Part shown: positions 1 through 12,155 of the stretch, piece by piece
Numbering within the stretch: position 1 is the stretch's first letter
How the letters are laid out: the number at the start of each line of letters is the position of its first letter
Assembly (NCBI GenBank): GCA_047495785.1
Contig: JBLDXI010000085.1
Span: forward strand, 239,368-303,367
DNA from: Lepidodermella squamata
Lineage: Eukaryota; Animalia; Gastrotricha
Reading direction: 5' to 3'
Length of the DNA: 64,000 nucleotides
The notes under the pieces: model-generated
The model's input: the letters and a program-made list of their open reading frames with translations, nothing else
Databases searched by the model: none
What the model was told of the DNA's origin: nothing
Made by a program: the position numbers and the translations under genes

Positions 1-853
1 GTAGGCCGTGTACAATTTCAGCTAAGTCCGTAAAAGGGCAATTGTCTGGCATAGATCACCTTCAAGACAATTGTCTCACAAAAATTCTACAATGCCAGCA
101 TTTTCAAAAATGATCATTCATAAACGAAAAATCAAAATTTTTGCGAATTTGTAATGTTTCAAATCGGAAGTGACTTTTCAAGTCCCAAAAATTCTTCGCA
201 AAACTTTTAAACTTTAAATTTGCGAGATCAAACTCGATAATTTATTATTTTTTATGATTTTATGTTAGAGGTCAGTAAAAATGGTACTGCGATGATGTTT
301 GATTGGTCGACGAGTTCATAAATCGGCAGCAATTTTATTGGCGATCAAGGCGGGAGAAAGCCGTCGGTATCGCAATGTATCACGTGACTGATGCTGAAAT
401 CTAATCAGGAAAATCGACTGCGCTCGATAAGCTACTTCACTAAATGCGTGCTTTTTATAGCCATATCGTATGATTATTAATTTGGTATTAACAACATCAG
501 CACTTGGGCGTCAGCATCTACCTACTTCTTCCTACTTTATCTGTTAGATGAGCCAGCAGAAATAAAAAGAAGAGTAGATTTTAAAAAAATTTGGTTCTAT
601 TTGCCAGTAGTGATTTTCAAGCAAGCTTTTATACCGAAGTTTTACCGGCAAAGTCTGCCCCGTATTATGCACGGACCTAAATTTATTGCCCACAGCTCAA
701 TTCTGTAATTACGAGGCTGTCACTGCGAACAGTAAAACGAAGCGCCTAATAAATCATTGGAATGCTAATGATCTCAAGGCACGCGAGAATCCATAAGAGA
801 AATCAATTTCCGATTTTCAAACCATTCTATAAATTTTCATTTTTTCACAAACC

Positions 854-3096
854 ATGGTATTGCTGATTTCAATAACCATCGTCTTTGTGGGTTTGTCTTA
901 TTATATCTAACATGATCTATCTAAAACTAACGGCTTCCTTTTCGATTAGGCATCGCCTTCTCCGAAGCAGGGCGACAGCCCAAGCACAGAGCATGGCGAC
1001 GTATCGCCCTCGGTGACGATGCTAACACTAACTCGAATGTGAATCGACTCGAGAGTTCGCCGTTTTTTTATTATGCGATCGATGACGGCAGCGACGAGGC
1101 CACGCCGCTGCTGCCATGGTGGATCTACTACTATCACCCAGAACCTACGACGCCGACTACAACATCGACAACGACAACAACAACTACGACAACAACAACT
1201 GCTGCCCCGGTATAAGGCTTATTATCATTTTAATCCATCTTATCGGGATGATAATCAAGGGGTTAATTTCTAAATACTGTATATCTACTAATTTTCGGTG
1301 GTCACTAATTTTCGGTTTCGGAGATTTCGGACCTGTACTTTTTATTTCGGTGGATTTGAATTCGGTTTGAGAGTTGATCCTGAGAAAAAAATTCGAAATT
1401 AGTCACTTTAAAATTGATTTCAGTGCTTCGATTTCGTGTTTTTACACGCTATCAGGAGATAATCCCTGCTTTAGCAGCATCAATGTCTGTTGCTTCCAAT
1501 ATCCTTACTACCTAAAATTGCAGGTAACACAATTTTGGCACATTTTACCCTACTTTACCATGATGAAGCTGTATTTTAGAAAAGAACAATAAATTGGCCA
1601 TTGGCCGAATTTATTTTCGGTGATTTTGAATCCGGTGTTTCCTCAAAAACACCGAATTCAAAGATCAAACCGAAAATTAGTGACCACCGAAAATTAGTAG
1701 ATATACAGTACTGCATTATTTAAAAAACGATCATTCATTATTAAAATAATCTCTTATGACGCGATTGAACAACTGATGTCTCATGGTGCAAATTTCATAT
1801 TGTAATTAGTAATATAGATATAAGTTGTTAACCTAAACCAAATATTAAAATTTGACTCTCAAAGCAAACTTTTAACAATTGTCGTTTTCGAAAAATTATG
1901 TTGCATAAGGTCATGATGACCTCTAACTTCATTCTTCAAGCTTCACGAAATTGACGAAATCTGAGCGGTTACTGGGTTTTCCAAAATTCCAATATTCCAG
2001 AATTTACAAAAAATTCGAATTTGCAAACATATGATAATTTATTTCTACTGATCTCAATCCTTGTCACTTTGAGGTTATTTATCTATCTTTTATAATGTAA
2101 TTTCCATGAGGTAATTAGTAGTAGTTTTCGTCCGTGTAGTAGAACATTTTTTATGGCAGTAGAACCAACATAAAAAGGACCACGGCGCTTCTTCATAGAA
2201 GTACAGCTTTATGTCGTTAACAACGCGCCAAAACAACCACTTAGATGACTCATTCGATCGTACTTTTACTCGCCTAACGTAATGATGAAGTACGTTAGGC
2301 CTTTTGAGCACCGATTTTTTCATTTATCGAACGTACTTTACTCATAAAATCTATAAATAGTAAAGTGGTTGTTTTGGCGCGTCGCTAACGATATCGACGT
2401 TGTTCACATTCGAGTTGGCATTTGAATTTGTCATCGAGCAAAATTTGGCGCCATTTTTTGTATTTGTGATTCCGCCTAGCAGCAGGAATTCTTGCTTCAG
2501 CAAAAGCGATGGCTGTTAACAAAAAATCATAGAGCACTACGTTCTCTATGCAAAAAAACAACATTATTTTTCATTAAGCGTTGATTAATTTTTTTAATTT
2601 CCGTGGACGTGCAATTTTGTGAATTCTGCTTCAGGCCGTCTTTCGGTGTATCGGACCAAACGGCGTTGTTACGTGCCGACCAACCGATTGCAATGGCGAT
2701 GAGATGAAGTTCCCGTCGAAAGCCTTCACAAGCCAATCAGCTTGTGAAAACGCAGTCAAAACCGTGGAATATCTCCCTGGAGCCTTTTTTCGCCCTACAG
2801 CCGACACAAATTGCAAGCGGTCCGGTGGGCTATTGGCGACTATCCAAACGCAGGCGGAGCTTGACAAAGCCTTGGCAGATCTTGGCTTCTCTGCTTTCGC
2901 CCACATTGGCTTGACAAATAAGTCTGGAAATTGGGCGTGGGACGACGGCACGCCTTATGCCAACTTTCCGCCCTGGGATTCTGGCGAGCCCAACTTCGGC
3001 ACAAATGCCTGCGCCTATCTTTACCAAGGCGGGGTCCTTAAAGACTCGGACTGTAACGTTCGCGCGAGCGGTTCTTTTTGTGAAACCTACGCTTGA
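854..3096 (+). CDS. Secreted C-type lectin, type A head (gene A1); probably chimeric with a B-type CTLD exon
   Basis: Predicted exons 854-890, 950-1209 and 2635-3096 with GT-AG and compatible phases. Signal peptide MVLLISITIVFVG, conserved KHRAWRRIALGDDANTNSNVNRLES..PWWIYY peptide, poly-Thr, then CTLD with HIGL, W.W.DG, EPN and FCE. Splicing across the 1.4-kb intron is inferred. Confidence 0.7.
1277..1708. mobile_element. MITE, Tc1/mariner-like, TA target duplication
   Basis: ~42-bp terminal inverted repeats CTGTATATCTACTAATTTTCGGTGGTCACTAATTTTCGGTTT, with TA at 1275-1276 and 1709-1710. Removing it restores 'tactgc', as seen in the paralogous intron of gene A2 (~20569-20574). Confidence 0.9.
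2115..2515 (-). pseudogene. Inverted relic of a type A' head exon (paralog of 28978-29315)
   Basis: Reverse strand reads AIAFAEARIPAARRNHKYKKWRQILLDD..NANSNVNNVD / KLYFYEEAPWSFLCWFYCHK, matching gene A5 exon 2. It is frameshifted and split by an insertion. Confidence 0.8.
2212..2393. mobile_element. Small inverted-repeat element inserted in the pseudo-exon
   Basis: Imperfect ~30-bp TIRs (tgtcgttaacaacgcgccaaaacaaccactt / aagtggttgttttggcgcgtcgctaacgata) interrupt otherwise contiguous exon homology. Confidence 0.7.
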
Positions 3097-3713
3097 AGCT
3101 GAAGAAACTTATCGGACTATATTAAGAGTCGACATTTGACTTTAAACTCTCTTTGTGTTGAAAATTTAAATTTGTGTTGAATCGGACCTCATCTGAGTTT
3201 ATTTTGATGCCTTAGTTGGGCAACCCTCGGCGCTACTGCGGATTGCCCCACAGTAAACCTGCTGCCGCTGCCAACTAGCCAGAAGTAAACTCTTTTTTCA
3301 GTCCACATGAACACCTTGTTTTGGAAGCAACCTGGCATTGCAGCAGCTCCTTCGACTTTAGTTAATAAGGTTTTGTGCGGTGTTTGCACGTCGGTTTCAG
3401 TCCTGCTTATGGCCAGAGCTTCGGATTTAATTTGATTCGACTTACTTCTTAACTCACGGAACTCATTTAATCAATCAAAATTAATCAATAACCCATTTTT
3501 ACAGAAATAAATAAATCAAATCAAATCAAATCAATCATTGACATAGATAAATCACAATAAATAATGAAATATCAAGATTTTTACATATCTTTGGAAATTC
3601 TTTGGAAATTCAAGCAATGGATAAAATAGCGAAAATTTGAAACTGCCGTCCCTCTACATATCTAATTTCTATCAAAAAGGACGGAACTACCTTAGCGGCA
3701 TCCGAGATTTTCG

Positions 3714-5192
3714 AATTTCAAGCAGTGCTCATTGAATGGCTTGCTGGTCACTTGCGTACCAATCAACCAAACGTGCCCTAACAGCGAATTAGGATCCTCG
3801 AAATAGGGGGGTATTTCGGGCCCCAATTTTATGACCAAAGGGTGTGGAAAATCCCCCTGTGGGTTTTTTGGGGATTTTCCACACCCAGCCGAACTGGATA
3901 GCCCTCATTCCCCCCGTACTTCGCGCCCTGTTAGTTAGTGTATAAATTTTATCTTCTGTTTTTTAGAATATAACTATATATATGTCGTACCGTTTTAGGC
4001 GATCCTCCCAAAAGGCAATTGGGATAACCCATGAGGCAATATGCCTAAGATGGAGATATAAGATACCGCTAAGGACAATAATTGACAACATCTAGAAACA
4101 CCGAATATTTCCTCCTGTAGCCTAAAAAGGTTGCTCACTGATTAAATTTCTAACTCGGTGGGTTGATAGAGATATAAGAAAGCTTTCCCGAAGTTCAAGC
4201 GCCAAAAACCGACTAATAGGTCATAGTTGGCAGCTGGAACTTTTGCTGAACCTTCAAGGTTCAAGATAATGATCCTAGTTCCGACTGATTGATTTCGTCA
4301 TCTAAAGCAATTGATCAGTCTAAAAAGTAAACCCAACCCCATAGTTCACATCAATCGAATCTCATGGAGCCTGAAAGAGTCTCTAGGATCAACTTCTGTG
4401 GAAAAAAGGAATCTAAAAATTCAAGCAAGGGGAACCACATACTAGAACTGGGGAACCAGAAATGAACTTGCTAGGGTTGACATCCTTTAAGAAAATTTAA
4501 ATTTGAGTATTATTTGAAATTTCCAGTCATTAATGCCAAAAAATGACAATAAGTAGAGAATAAATTGAAAATACCACGATTATCGGTCATCGATGTATCG
4601 TTTTGAGAAATAATTATTTTGAGAATTATTAATTTGCTTAAAAAGTGGATTTTTAGAGCAATTGCTCTAGAGGGTAACCCAATTGCCAATTGGGGCGGAT
4701 TGCTCATAACGGTACGACATATATATCTCGTAATCACATATATCGTTTAAGTATCTTAACTATTGATCAGATTAAATTGGCTTTTTCTTTTTGTTCACAA
4801 GGCTACCGGTAGTCGAACATATGCCAACCTAGCAACTTGCGTCGATGGGAAAAGTTATTTTCAATAAATTATTATTGTCCTCTTGTAGCTCACTTGATTT
4901 TCAGTTCTGGTGCCAGACAGTGAGAAGCCACATGTCCGCTGTCTTAGCAACCCTGGGCGAATTTTCAATGGCTGCCGTCTCAGCTCAACCGGGTGCTGGG
5001 CTAGCAATGAGACCCAGGAGGCAGCCCCAAAGCCGTACATCAACCGTGATAACTGCCTTCGAGGCGTAAGCTCTAAGTTGAACTTGATTCCAATAGTCAG
5101 ACTCTGTGTCTTTATCCCAGGCTGCAGCACAGTGTGACTCGAGCGGAACGAAGCTTTGCGTTGGGAGATCCTGTCCTGCGTGGTCTACTCAG
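3714..5192 (+). pseudogene. Truncated type B lectin gene (B0): internal Cys-module exons only
   Basis: Homologs of B1 exons 5-8 (FKQCSLNG.., ATGSRTYANLATCVDGK, PDSEKPHVRC.., AAAQCDSSGTKLC..). No signal-peptide exon or CTLD exon was seen; it runs straight into 3'UTR-like sequence at ~5197. Confidence 0.8.
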
Positions 5193-5942
5193 GTATTGAA
5201 GATGAAGAATCTTATCGGACTATATTACGAGCCGATACATTTGACATTCGACTCTTTCTGTGTTGAATGTCTACAATTTTATTTTGAGAACCTGCAATTT
5301 TGAGTAGTGGCGACGCCTTGAAATCAAATACGATATTAGGCGTGACAATAATAAAGACTGTTTAATTCGACTCCTTTCAACCTTTCATTCGTAGCTCGTC
5401 GAGAAATTATTCAATAATAAAACCTGTGGACCATTGCGTTCACCGTTGAGCACCTTCCATGTGCTTGCTAACTTTCGCCTTGCTTTTAGGCCTCAGCATA
5501 GATACATTCCACTTCCAAGCAAGGTTCGATCCCGGCGGATGCACACATGTTTGGCATTTGTTTGAAAGTAGCGTAGACGCCACTATGAAGGATATAGCTG
5601 AAATTTCCCATCAGTTTTGGAGTTCGCAATATGAACTCAGAAACCAGCGGTTCGATTCGAGATTTCGATTCTCGATGAGACCTTCATATGCTTTTCAATC
5701 AAACAACAGCATGCAAGCCTTCTATGGAAGGGCCTAGGGATCGTGGTAGAGAGTATCATTCGCACTGTGAAGCTGTTGGGTTCAATTTAGGTCATTTTTC
5801 GCGTAATCTCTGGAAGATTATTTGCTATATGAAAATTTCCTTCGACTTGGCTCCCAGCCAACAATTAATTTGTTGTTTTGAATTTTGTTAGCACTTGTTT
5901 TTTGTATTTTTAGCAGTTTTGGTGATGACACCTGTTTCGATT

Positions 5943-6015
5943 TCTATAAATAGATAAAATACGTGATTCCTGTAAACAGCTGATATTGAATTCGGACGCA
6001 CAGATTTCGCGTGCT
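5943..6015 (+). promoter_or_regulatory. Conserved upstream block of type B genes
   Basis: ctataaatagataaaatacgtg..taaacagc..ttgaattcggacgcacagatttcgcgtg is repeated at ~9551-9625 and partly at ~37845-37905, about 80-150 nt before each ATG. It contains TATA-like and forkhead-like (RTAAAYA) words. Confidence 0.55.
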
Positions 6016-6090
6016 CCTACGTGATATTAAATTTGGTGGAGTATTTTTTTTAAAGCGTTCATTCGAATTAGTTTCAACATTCTTCTTAAC

Positions 6091-8183
6091 ATGACGAGGG
6101 CTGTAGGTCTTTTCTTCATATTTTGTCTATTTGGAGGTGTTTCGTGCCAATGGAAGCGCTGTATGTCACTGCTCGACAATTCATTCGTGGACTGTGCGAC
6201 GTCTTGTGATGCATTGAAGGAATATCAAGTTATTTTATAATTCTCCGATTTGTTTACCTTTATTTGGCTAAATATTCCACAGTCCGGCTCCAGCATTACC
6301 ACTTATGATTCATGTCGAAGTGGAGTAAGAAACCATTTAAAATGCATTTTCCGTATCTGATTTTGTCTTCCTGAAACAGAATGGTCGCATGTGTTACAAA
6401 TTCGCTGCCCTAACCACAAGTTGCCGCCCTGGCAATGTTCCTTGTAAAGGTCCTGACGAAATATCAGTGCGTTAGATTATCAATCAATTTCAGCTTTGAT
6501 TATTTTCTCGATCATCAGTTTCAGCCTTTCTACAGCCGCTCGTTGCTTCGCTCGAGCTTGCAATTATGCGAAACCGATAGACTTAACTTTGCGGTACGTT
6601 GGGGATTTTAATAAATTAATAATTGAATGAAAAGCTGTTTTATTTGTTTCAGAATCAATATTTCAAGCAGTGCTCATTGAATGGTTCGCTAGTCACATGC
6701 GTCCCAATCAACCAAACTTGCCCTAGCAGCATGGTAAAGTTTTCAAGACTTGATTACAGATACTATGACCTATTAGAAGTTCCGAAAGATTTTCGCTGGC
6801 TATCGTCTTATAGGATTTTCGAGAGACATAAGAATGGGTATTTTCAGCCCCGAATTTATCTCATCAAAAGGCCCTCTCTGTGGTTTTTCTGGGTTTTCTT
6901 GGCTGGAACTCTCGAGGTAGGGAATACGGTACACCTCGTAATTCGCATACTTCTTCTTCTTATCATACTTTAACTCTTAAAATAATAGTATTTGTTCACA
7001 AGGCTACCGGTGGTCGAACATATGCAAACCTTGCAACTTGCGTCGATGGGAAAAGTGAATTTATTTATTTTTTTTGGATTTTTAACTCTAACAGCAGCTT
7101 ATTTCAGTTCAAGTACCAGACAGTGAGAAGCTACATGTTCGCTGTTTCAGCAACCCTGGACGAATCTTCAATGGCTGTCGTCTCAGCTCAGTCGGCTGCT
7201 CGCCTATCAACGAGACCCAAGAAGCAGCCCCCAAGCCGTACCTCAACCGGGATAACTGCCTTCGAGGCGTAATAAGTTTAATTTAATTTTTGTGTCGGAT
7301 GAGCATTTGTAAATTCCAGGCTGCGGCTCAGTGTAGCTCAAGTGGAACGAAGCTTTGCTTTGGAAGAACATGTCCCGCAGGATCGACCCAGGTAGGAACC
7401 TCTTCTTTTCAGTTTCGATAATATTTGCAACTTGAATTCGTTTGCGCCCTTTTTAAAAAAATCATGAAATACAGTGATGAATGAGCTATCAATCACTACT
7501 ATAACTATCTCTATATCATTCTAGCATTTGAGGAGCCTTACATGAAACCGTTACTGCCATTTCAGATCAAGCTCCACCAAAATTCGTCTTCCTTCCAAAC
7601 AAATTACGACAACTGTTTAGCTGAACTTACACCGGCGGTAAGATTTATGCCGAAATTTTGCATTATCCACAGTTTCACGATCCTTATTTTAATGAAACTC
7701 CGCATTCTTCTTCATCAGGCCGTCTTTTATCGGTGTCTTGGACCAAACGGCGTCGTTACATGCCGCCCAACAGATTGCAACGGTGATGAAAAGAAATACC
7801 CATCGAAAAGCTACTCCAGCCAATCGGCCTGTGAAAACGCAGTCAAATCCGTTCAACACTATAAGCAGACCATAAATCGCCCAGGAGCCGATGAATATTG
7901 CAAGAATCTCGGCGGGCTATTGGCTACTATCAAGACGCAGGCAGAATTTGACAAAGTTAGGCAAAATCAAATCCACATGGCCCACATTGGCTTGTCGAAT
8001 ACGCCTGGATATTGGACGTGGGACGACGGTACGCCGTTTGCCAACTTCCCGCCCTGGGATACTCGCGCTGGCTCGCCTAATTATGGTGAAAATGCCTGTG
8101 TTGCACTAATCGATGGTGGGGTCCTCAGAGACGGCAGCTGTAACATTACCGCGTTTAGTTTTCTCTGTGAAACTTTTGCTTGA
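6091..8183 (+). CDS. Secreted multi-Cys-module C-type lectin, type B (gene B1), 10 exons
   Basis: Exons approx. 6091-6228, 6283-6324, 6380-6466, 6519-6593, 6653-6733, 7003-7054, 7108-7269, 7320-7391, 7567-7638 and 7719-8183 splice in frame. Signal peptide ends ..GGVSC; terminal CTLD has SPN. Confidence 0.85.
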
Positions 8184-8827
8184 TGATGAAAAACTTGTCG
8201 GACTCGATTCGAGCCGATAAATCTATTTTGAACATTCGTTTGACTGCTGGACCTTTTCTGCGTATTTACGTAAAATTCTAATTAAGTGAATCGACATAAA
8301 TAAAAATGGCCTCTGATTACCTCGGATTACCTCTGTTACCTCTGATATGATACTTAATGATCAATTTTCTCTATACGATTGCTTTGGTTTAGCCTTAACC
8401 CTGAGAAGTTGGTCAGTTCTGTCAATTATTTGAATGAGATAGATCCAAAGCGAGGCCATGATGAGGAGTCTCCCTCGGGGTTTCAACGAAATACGAGTGG
8501 TATCGGCTGCAAATAGCAAGGTATGTAAACGCGTAAGGCAGATGTTAGCTATCTGGCTTTATGCGTTCGGGATTCACACCATGCGCGAAGCTCAACGGTT
8601 TCGAAATTGCTGGCAGCAGATTCTGAGCTGACCTCAGCGGCTTAATCGTTCCGCTTGAGTTGCTGCTTGTCGATAGCGTCTTACGGTAACGGTTGACCTA
8701 CTAGCTTTGATATTGTCGCAATCGCTGTTTTGACGTCCCACCGCCCCATGCTAGTCGGCATGGGTTCTAACGCATGTTCCCCATCCTCAGCGATATTTGA
8801 GTCAACGGTCCTCTTATCATCAAACTC

Positions 8828-8990
8828 GGTACAGCGACAAAACATCAGTTACGCAGTACAGCGAATGCAACGAAACAGCTAATTTTTCATTTCGCGACAA
8901 AACAGCATAAAACTAACTATTTAAAAGATGCAACGTGTTTCTGCTGTTTTGTCACGTTTGCTGTTTTGAGTATTTGCTGTTATGACTCAA
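8828..8990. repeat. Copy of the short non-autonomous element found at 14794-14974, opposite orientation
   Basis: Starts ggtacagcgacaaaac and ends ..tttgctgttatgac, matching the reverse complement of 14800-14974. Internal ACAGC/GCTGT subrepeats. Confidence 0.65.
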
Positions 8991-9700
8991 CTTCTTCAGC
9001 GAGGTCAGAATTATATATTCAGATTCTGACCAGACAATGATTAAAACTAAATAAGGATTGGATGATGATACCTCATCCTTTGTTGTTTCAAATCAAGTCA
9101 AGCACATTCCGACAGATTGAGCTCATGTTTCGAGGTAATAATGCAATAAAAGACTTTCCGAAGGTTTAATTCACCTTTAACCCTATTTTCGACGTTTTCG
9201 AAAATTATTACTTCGATAGAATTATATGGATCCGTATTCGGTCAAGTTGTTTTTCCCAATATAGTTGAAAAACACAAGATTCAGCCACTTGTCGCGTCAA
9301 TGGTGTTTCATCCACCATCCGGACGAATTTTGCGAATTTTTTAATTTTGCTTTGAGGTCATGGTGCTCTGAAGCTTTTGCTTTGAAGCCTGTTACTAAAT
9401 TTTCCCTACTTTGTAGGGGACCCATTGGGTGAACAATAAATTAGTATCCCCTTGACTTCCAGCCAAAAATAGTTTTGTTGTTTTGAATTTTGTTTGCACT
9501 GGTTTTTTTGTATTTTTAGCAGTTGTTGTGAGGCCACCTGTGTAATCCATTTCTATAAATAGATAAAATACGTGATTTCTTTAAACAGCTTACATTGAAT
9601 TCGGACGCACAGATTTCGCGTGCTCCCATTTTTGTTTCGGTTAGATATTTTTAAATAGCCTTCATTCAACGGTTTTTCAACTTCGTTTTAAACATATACG

Positions 9701-11629
9701 ATGAGGGCTTTGGCTTTATTTTGCTCTTTACTTTGCCTATTTGGAGGTGTTTCCTGCCAATGGAAACGCTGTATGTCACTGCTCGACAACTCATTCGTTG
9801 ACTGTTCGACTTCTTGTGATTCATTGAAGGAATACCAGGTTAATTTTATAATTTTTCCGATCTTTTTCAAAATTGGCAACAATTTTTTATTAGTCCGGTT
9901 CCAGCTTTTCCGCCTATGATTTGTGTCGAAATGGGGTGAGCGAGCATAAAGCATTCATTCCAAAGCTGATTTTTTATTCGAACTTCGAACAGAATGGTCG
10001 CATGTGTTACAAATTCGCAGCTCTGACTCCGAGTTGTCGGCCCGGCATAATTCCGTGTAAAGCTCCTGATGAAATATCGGTACGTAATTATTTCTTCAGA
10101 AATTAGCTCAGTTATTTAAAGTCATGCATTGATCAGTTCCAGCCATTCTACAGCCGATCACTACTTCGCTCGAGTTTGCAGTACTGCGAAATCGATAGGA
10201 ACAATTTTACGGTAAGTCGTCACCTTAAAAAAGATTTCGTCATAGGCAAGCCTGTTTGTTCATCACAGAATCAACATTTCAAGCAGTGTTCATCGAATAG
10301 TTTGTTGGTCACGTGCGTTCCTATTAACCAAAACTGCCCGATTAGTACGGTTTGTAAATAATTTAGCTATGAATTTTTTAAGCGGACCTTCGCCTGTGTT
10401 CTCCTAAAATTTCGGTGAATTCTTAGTCGGTAGAAACTGGTTACTAGTTTCTTAGATCTGGGAGGAGAACATTTTAACAAAACCATATCTATTCATTCAC
10501 TCTTCGAAAAAGGGACAGCTTGGCATGCAGTTACTGATATTCTTGTATTTTTCTTAGATTAATGGTAGCCAAACATTCGCAAACCTTGCTGCATGCGTTG
10601 ATGGGAAAGGTTAGGAGATTTTATTCTAAATTTCTTTGGGAATATTGCTATCTTTTATCAGTTCAAGTACCAGACAGTGAGAAGCCTCATGTTCGCTGTT
10701 TCAGCAACCCTGGACGAATCTTCAATGGCTGTCGCCTCAGTTCAACCGGCTGCACGGGTAGCAACGAGACCCAAGAAGCAGCCCCGAAGCCGTACATCAA
10801 CCGGGAAAATTGTCTTCGAGGCGTAAGATAATTTTTCATCTTTTTCTGATGAGGATTTGTTTTTTCCAGGCTGCTGCACAGTGTGATGTGGGCGGGACAA
10901 AGCTTTGTGTTGGTAGAGCCTGCCCTACTGGTTCGACTCAGGTAGGAAAACTTTCCTTGAGGTTACTTCTCTGCAAAAATCTTCACCGTTCGACAATAAA
11001 TCAAGGACAATTTTATGTTGAAATTTGTAATTTCAGATGAAGCTCTACTCAAATTCGACATCCTTCCAAATGAATTACGAGACTTGTTTGACAGACATTA
11101 AGCCGGTAAGTTTTGAACCATTTTTTTTAATTTCCGTGGCCGTGAAATGTTGTTTTTTCCACAGCCAGTCTATTTTCGGTGCCTCGGACCAATGGGCGTT
11201 GTTGCATGCCGCCAAACAGATTGTAACGGCGATGAGAAGAAATACCCATCGACCAGCTACATCAGCGAGACAGCTTGCCTCAACGCAGTCAAAACCGTGA
11301 CGTTGTATGCGCAGTCCAAGTTTCGCATTCAAACAAGTAATTTTTGCAAGAGCCTCGGTGGGCTATTGGCGACTTTCAAGACGCAGGCGGAACTTGACAA
11401 AGCTATGGTTGACAAAGGCGCGTTGGCGTTTGTCCACATTGGCCTGTCGAATCAATCTGGAAATTGGACTTGGGACGATGGCACGCCGTATGCCAACCTC
11501 CCGCCCTGGGAGTCTGGCTGGCCTACGCCGGCCGTAGTCTCCTGTGCCATGCTTTACGATGGCGGGATCATTAAAGTCGGCTACTTCAACGATGTAGCGC
11601 TTGGATTTTTCTGTGAAACTTTCGCTTAG
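9701..11629 (+). CDS. Secreted multi-Cys-module C-type lectin, type B (gene B2)
   Basis: Same 10-exon structure as B1. First exon 9701-9838 (MRALALF..WKRCMSLLDNSFVDC); terminal exon 11165-11629 encodes the CTLD. Confidence 0.85.
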
Positions 11630-12155
11630 CCTTGCTAAAACTGTTGAATTTGATTGGATTTTTATATGGACGATGCATGAGACAATTGAATGATAGTTCC
11701 TACTAATCATGCGATATTGGGATATTGATATCGGCATGCATGTTCATGTTCCTTATTATAGAAAATGCTAGCTTCAAGTCGCAGATGATGAATTTGTGAG
11801 CGACAAATTAAAAGTTGGTTATTAATTATTTTAACTCTCCGGTTATTTCCGCATATTTTGAGAATAATCGAAAATTCCTAAAATACCTATACCAATAAAA
11901 CATCTTAATTAATTAATTGATTAATTAATTAATAAAATAAATATTGATTAATCCGAGTAATTTCTTCAAAATGCCTCTCGCCTCGCTTCCAATTATATAT
12001 TTCAATTACGATGTTTTCAGCCGCAAGAGAAATCGACTATCTGATTATCTGATCCCCTGAATTTTACCTTCAAGGCAAAATGTTTTGTGCAACTCGGCAT
12101 CATGCATTTCTCGAAATGTGTCAAATAGGTACATAAAGGTTTTGTCCGAATGTTC

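Noticed and set aside
946-1370. ORF-track products with poly-Gln, poly-Asn or poly-Val (also near 20.2, 23.0 and 29.1 kb)
   Set aside because: They are alternative frames or antisense of the poly-Thr exon; the spliced frame is conserved across paralogs.
8440-8825. GC-richer coding-like stretch on the minus strand
   Set aside because: Multiple stops and no recognisable motif; cannot be assigned.
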